This document shows positions 63,350-64,000 of a DNA stretch of 64,000 nt, in pieces. Position 1 is the first letter of the stretch; every line of letters begins with the position of its first letter. Below the pieces are notes generated by a model. The model was not told the DNA's origin. It saw only the letters and a list, made by a program, of their open reading frames with translations, and searched no databases. The stretch comes from Elusimicrobiota bacterium. Its GTDB lineage: Bacteria > Elusimicrobiota > Elusimicrobia > F11. The position numbers and the translations under genes are program-made. The stretch covers positions 736,001 to 800,000 of the forward strand of contig JBGAON010000001.1 in NCBI GenBank assembly GCA_044221725.1, given 5' to 3'.

Positions 63350-64000
63350 ATGCGCAATACCCTCGGTGTTTTCATCGCGTTCGTGTACTTTTTCGGCAAC
63401 GTGGTTCTGGCGCATTCGGCAGAAGTAAATTTTTGGCGCGAACGTCAAAAAAAGCAAACTCCACCCGAAAAAAACGAGGTTCAACTTGCGGCGTTGCCGG
63501 CCTCCCTGCCGGTGGGCCGGGACAACCCCGCCGACCTTCTCCGCCAAATACCCACGCTCAGCAAAACGTTCAACGCCATTTCAGAAAACGCGCTTCCTGA
63601 AAAATTTAAGCCGTCCCACGTTCCGGCCGACCTTCGCCCAGTTCTTGAACGCATTCCGACAAACGCCGGCACCATCAAGCAAGTAAGCATCGCGCCCACC
63701 GACAAATCGATGGTCGTGTTGCTGCAGGACGTGCACATGAACACCGAAGCGCAGGGAAATATTGCCGAGATCGTAAAAGCGATGCGCGTGCCGGTCGTTG
63801 CCGTCGAAGGGGCGGAGGGACCCTTCAATTTTTCGGATTTCGAAAATTTTAAAGACGGAAAAATAAAAAAGGCGGTTGCCGATTCTTTTCTGCACCAGAA
63901 CCTGATATCAGCGCCAAGCTATGCTGGTGTGTTGAGCGAGAAAGGAAAGCTTCAGCTTGTTGGCGTGGATGACGCCGACCGCTATCAGGCAAACGTAAAC
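63350..64000 (+). CDS. 5' part of a putative exported protein paralogous to 55181-57508 (runs off the window)
   Basis: Hand-translated open frame: MRNTLGVFIAFVYFFGNVVLAHSAEVNFWRER...LLQDVHMNTEAQGNIAEI...VAVEGAEG...VADSFL...VGVDDADRYQANV. Confidence 0.8.
   Translation, partial: MRNTLGVFIAFVYFFGNVVLAHSAEVNFWRERQKKQTPPEKNEVQLAALPASLPVGRDNPADLLRQIPTLSKTFNAISENALPEKFKPSHVPADLRPVLERIPTNAGTIKQVSIAPTDKSMVVLLQDVHMNTEAQGNIAEIVKAMRVPVVAVEGAEGPFNFSDFENFKDGKIKKAVADSFLHQNLISAPSYAGVLSEKGKLQLVGVDDADRYQANVN

Overview
A gene-dense bacterial chromosomal segment with every credible gene on the + strand and many overlapping stop/start codons. It comes from an LPS-producing diderm; the gene content and DnaK type are compatible with Elusimicrobiota, but that is inference. 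Gene order: TPR/O-antigen-ligase genes; yebC-ruvCAB-spoIID-rlmI-queA-tgt-HEAT-yajC-secDF; a large lipid A/Kdo/core LPS cluster (DUF374-WaaA fusion, GT9, GT4, GT2, lpxK, lpxL, waaL, gmhB, ArnT-like, hldE kinase, kdsB, pyrG, kdsA, kdsC, lptCAB); a regulatory PTS (ptsN-hprK-rapZ-EIIA-ptsH-ptsI); lepA-lepB-hemW; a three-gene glycosylation module; CIRCE-hrcA-grpE-dnaK-dnaJ-rsmE; mtaB-hit-rpsU-dnaG-rpoD. Main observations: (1) two paralogous, probably exported proteins share a signal-peptide motif and an uncharacterised QDVH/EGA domain; one carries a kinase domain, and both sit behind the same 10-11-bp-periodic TTA(A/C) box, which also recurs after the first gene. (2) Several REP/RPE-like palindromes appear co-opted into translation: as the yajC N-terminus, at the lptA start, and as a mini-ORF bridging ruvC and ruvA. 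(3) The DnaK is archaeal-type and lacks the diderm insert, yet sits in a bacterial HrcA operon. (4) A tandem DnaA-box cluster lies inside a glycosyltransferase gene. No rRNA, tRNA, CRISPR array or transposase was recognised.
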